Shown: piece after piece, positions 62,778 through 64,000 of the stretch
How positions within the stretch are numbered: position 1 is the first letter of the stretch
How the letters are laid out: every line of letters begins with the position of its first letter
Assembly: GCA_041664165.1 (NCBI GenBank)
Contig: JBAYLH010000001.1
Span: forward strand, 9,469-73,468
Length of the DNA stretch: 64,000 nt
Source of the DNA: Candidatus Buchananbacteria bacterium
GTDB lineage: Bacteria; Patescibacteriota; Patescibacteriia; Buchananbacterales; UBA6539
Reading direction: 5' to 3'
The notes under the pieces: generated by a model
Database searches by the model: none
Told to the model about the DNA's origin: nothing
Seen by the model: the letters and a program-made list of their open reading frames with translations, nothing else
Translations under genes and position numbers: made by a program

Positions 62778-63146
62778 TTAAACCATTTTTATCTCAACGT
62801 CAACTCCGGCGGGTAAATTCAAACTGGTCAGCGAATCAACCGTTTTTGGGGTAGGATCTAAAATATCTAGCAATCGTTTATGAATCCGCATTTCGTACTG
62901 TTCCCGCGCGTCTTTATGGACAAACGATGACTTCAAAACGGTATATTTCTTCTTTTCCGTCGGCAAAGGTATGGGGCCCAAAATCCTTGCTCCCGTTCGC
63001 TCAACCGTATCCATGATCGTCTTCGTCGATTGGTCGATAATCTTATGATCATAAGCCCGAATTTTAATCCTAATTTTTTGCTTACTTTCCTCGATTTCAT
63101 CCTCGGGCTTATGAGAAGAAACCGGTACTCTTTTAATGGCAACCAT
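62778..63146 (-). CDS. rpsJ: 30S ribosomal protein S10
   Basis: [14 protein letters not shown]. Confidence 0.9.
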   Translation of the reverse strand: MVAIKRVPVSSHKPEDEIEESKQKIRIKIRAYDHKIIDQSTKTIMDTVERTGARILGPIPLPTEKKKYTVLKSSFVHKDAREQYEMRIHKRLLDILDPTPKTVDSLTSLNLPAGVDVEIKMV

Positions 63147-63154
63147 GTTAGTCT

Positions 63155-63205
63155 AAAGAACTTATCCCCCCCACTTTTTTAAAAAAAGTGGGGGGATTGA
63201 TTATC
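63155..63205 (-). terminator. Hairpin (attenuator/terminator-like) between tuf and rpsJ
   Basis: Minus strand ccccccac-tttttttaaaaaa-gtggggggg. Confidence 0.35.
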
Positions 63206-63209
63206 TTTA

Positions 63210-64000
63210 TTATTTTAATATCTTAGAAATCGTTCCAGCTCCAATCGTTCGACCACCTTCACGTAAAGAGAATCTTTGCTTTTCTTCCAAAGCCACCGGT
63301 TTGATCAAAACAATCTTCAATTCAACCGTATCTCCCGGCATCACCATTTCGGCGCCTTCCGGCAAAATCACTTCACCGGTAACATCGGCCGTGCCAATGT
63401 AGAATTGCGGCTTATAGCCTTTAAGAAATGGGCTATGGCGGCCGCCTTCTTCTTTGGTTAAAATATATGTCTTACCTTCGTATTCAGTATGTGGAGTAAC
63501 GCTACCAGGTTTAGCTAAAACCTGACCGCGTTCAACATCTTCTTTTTTAACACCGCGCAGTAAGATACCGGCATTATCACCGGCTCGGCCTTCGTCAAGT
63601 GACTTATTAAACATTTCAATTCCCGTGACAACCGTGGTTTGGGTCGGGTTTAAACCGACAATTTCAACGTTATCGTTTAATTTGACAATCCCTCTTTCAA
63701 TTCTGCCGGTAACAACCGTGCCTCGGCCTTCAATGGAAAAGATATCTTCAATCGGCAATAAAAATGGCTTTTCAATATCGCGGATTGGTTCCGGAATATA
63801 TTCATCAACCGCTTTCATTAATTCTTCCAAACATTTGGTGGCTTCCGGATCGCTCGGGTTTTCCAAAGCCTTGACAGCTGAACCACGAATAACTGGGATT
63901 TTATCGCCGGGGAATTCATATTTTTTAAGCAAGTCGCGGACTTCTTCTTCGACTAAGTCGATTAGTTCCGGGTCTTTGACCTGATCAATTTTGTTCAAAA
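63210..64000 (-). CDS. tuf: Elongation factor Tu, C-terminal ~262 aa (N-terminus beyond the window end)
   Basis: Domains II/III of EF-Tu ([13 protein letters not shown]...). Open at 64000. Confidence 0.9.
   Translation of the reverse strand, partial: LNKIDQVKDPELIDLVEEEVRDLLKKYEFPGDKIPVIRGSAVKALENPSDPEATKCLEELMKAVDEYIPEPIRDIEKPFLLPIEDIFSIEGRGTVVTGRIERGIVKLNDNVEIVGLNPTQTTVVTGIEMFNKSLDEGRAGDNAGILLRGVKKEDVERGQVLAKPGSVTPHTEYEGKTYILTKEEGGRHSPFLKGYKPQFYIGTADVTGEVILPEGAEMVMPGDTVELKIVLIKPVALEEKQRFSLREGGRTIGAGTISKILK

Overview
Mostly minus-strand, ~40% GC window that looks like a Candidate Phyla Radiation (CPR/Patescibacteria)-type genome. The 3' end is a compact S10-spc-alpha ribosomal operon: tuf(partial)-rpsJ-rplC-rplD-rplW-rplB-rpsS-rplV-rpsC-rplP-rpmC-rpsQ-rplN-rplX-rplE-rpsN(Z)-rpsH-rplF-rplR-rpsE-rplO-secY-adk-map. 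It has no L30 and long extensions on L22/L23/L4/L3. Other recognisable genes are ruvX, recO, a type IV pilus block (pilT, prepilin), rarA, uppS, korAB, tpiA, scpA/scpB, aspS, HU, DedA, an ECF sigma/anti-sigma pair in front of a 1,256-aa Ser/Thr-rich surface protein with an adjacent GT39 glycosyltransferase, and a four-gene operon with two tandem nicotinate-PRTase-like paralogs. Three things do not fit ordinary core genome. (1) At least five GC-rich (~52-58%) islands share the same build: a near-consensus TTGACA-N17-TAnnnT promoter, a long 5' UTR, a strong AGGAGG-type Shine-Dalgarno (SD), a CDS, and a hairpin plus T-run terminator. They carry a small membrane protein, a 147-aa unknown, a GH16-type lipoprotein, a degenerate histidine-phosphatase-like protein, and an 83-aa ORF beside a pyrK-pyrD-pyrB::pyrI(fused) operon. 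(2) The tRNA locus (Trp, Thr, Tyr, Thr, Pro) contains orphan 5' tRNA copies, each interrupted in the anticodon stem-loop by a 53-58-nt GC-rich hairpin and each followed by a small GIY-YIG nuclease gene and then the intact tRNA. A 163-bp GC-rich TIR element at the rarA start with a ~68-bp duplication has an analogous layout. (3) Several repeat families occur: (ACCUAA)n leaders that abut start codons, a palindromic 'tacgaatatacaaata' element, and CAGA-rich inverted repeats flanking a four-helix-bundle (IVS/Avd-like) gene. No rRNA or CRISPR arrays were seen. All calls come from reading the sequence and the six-frame track, with no database searches.
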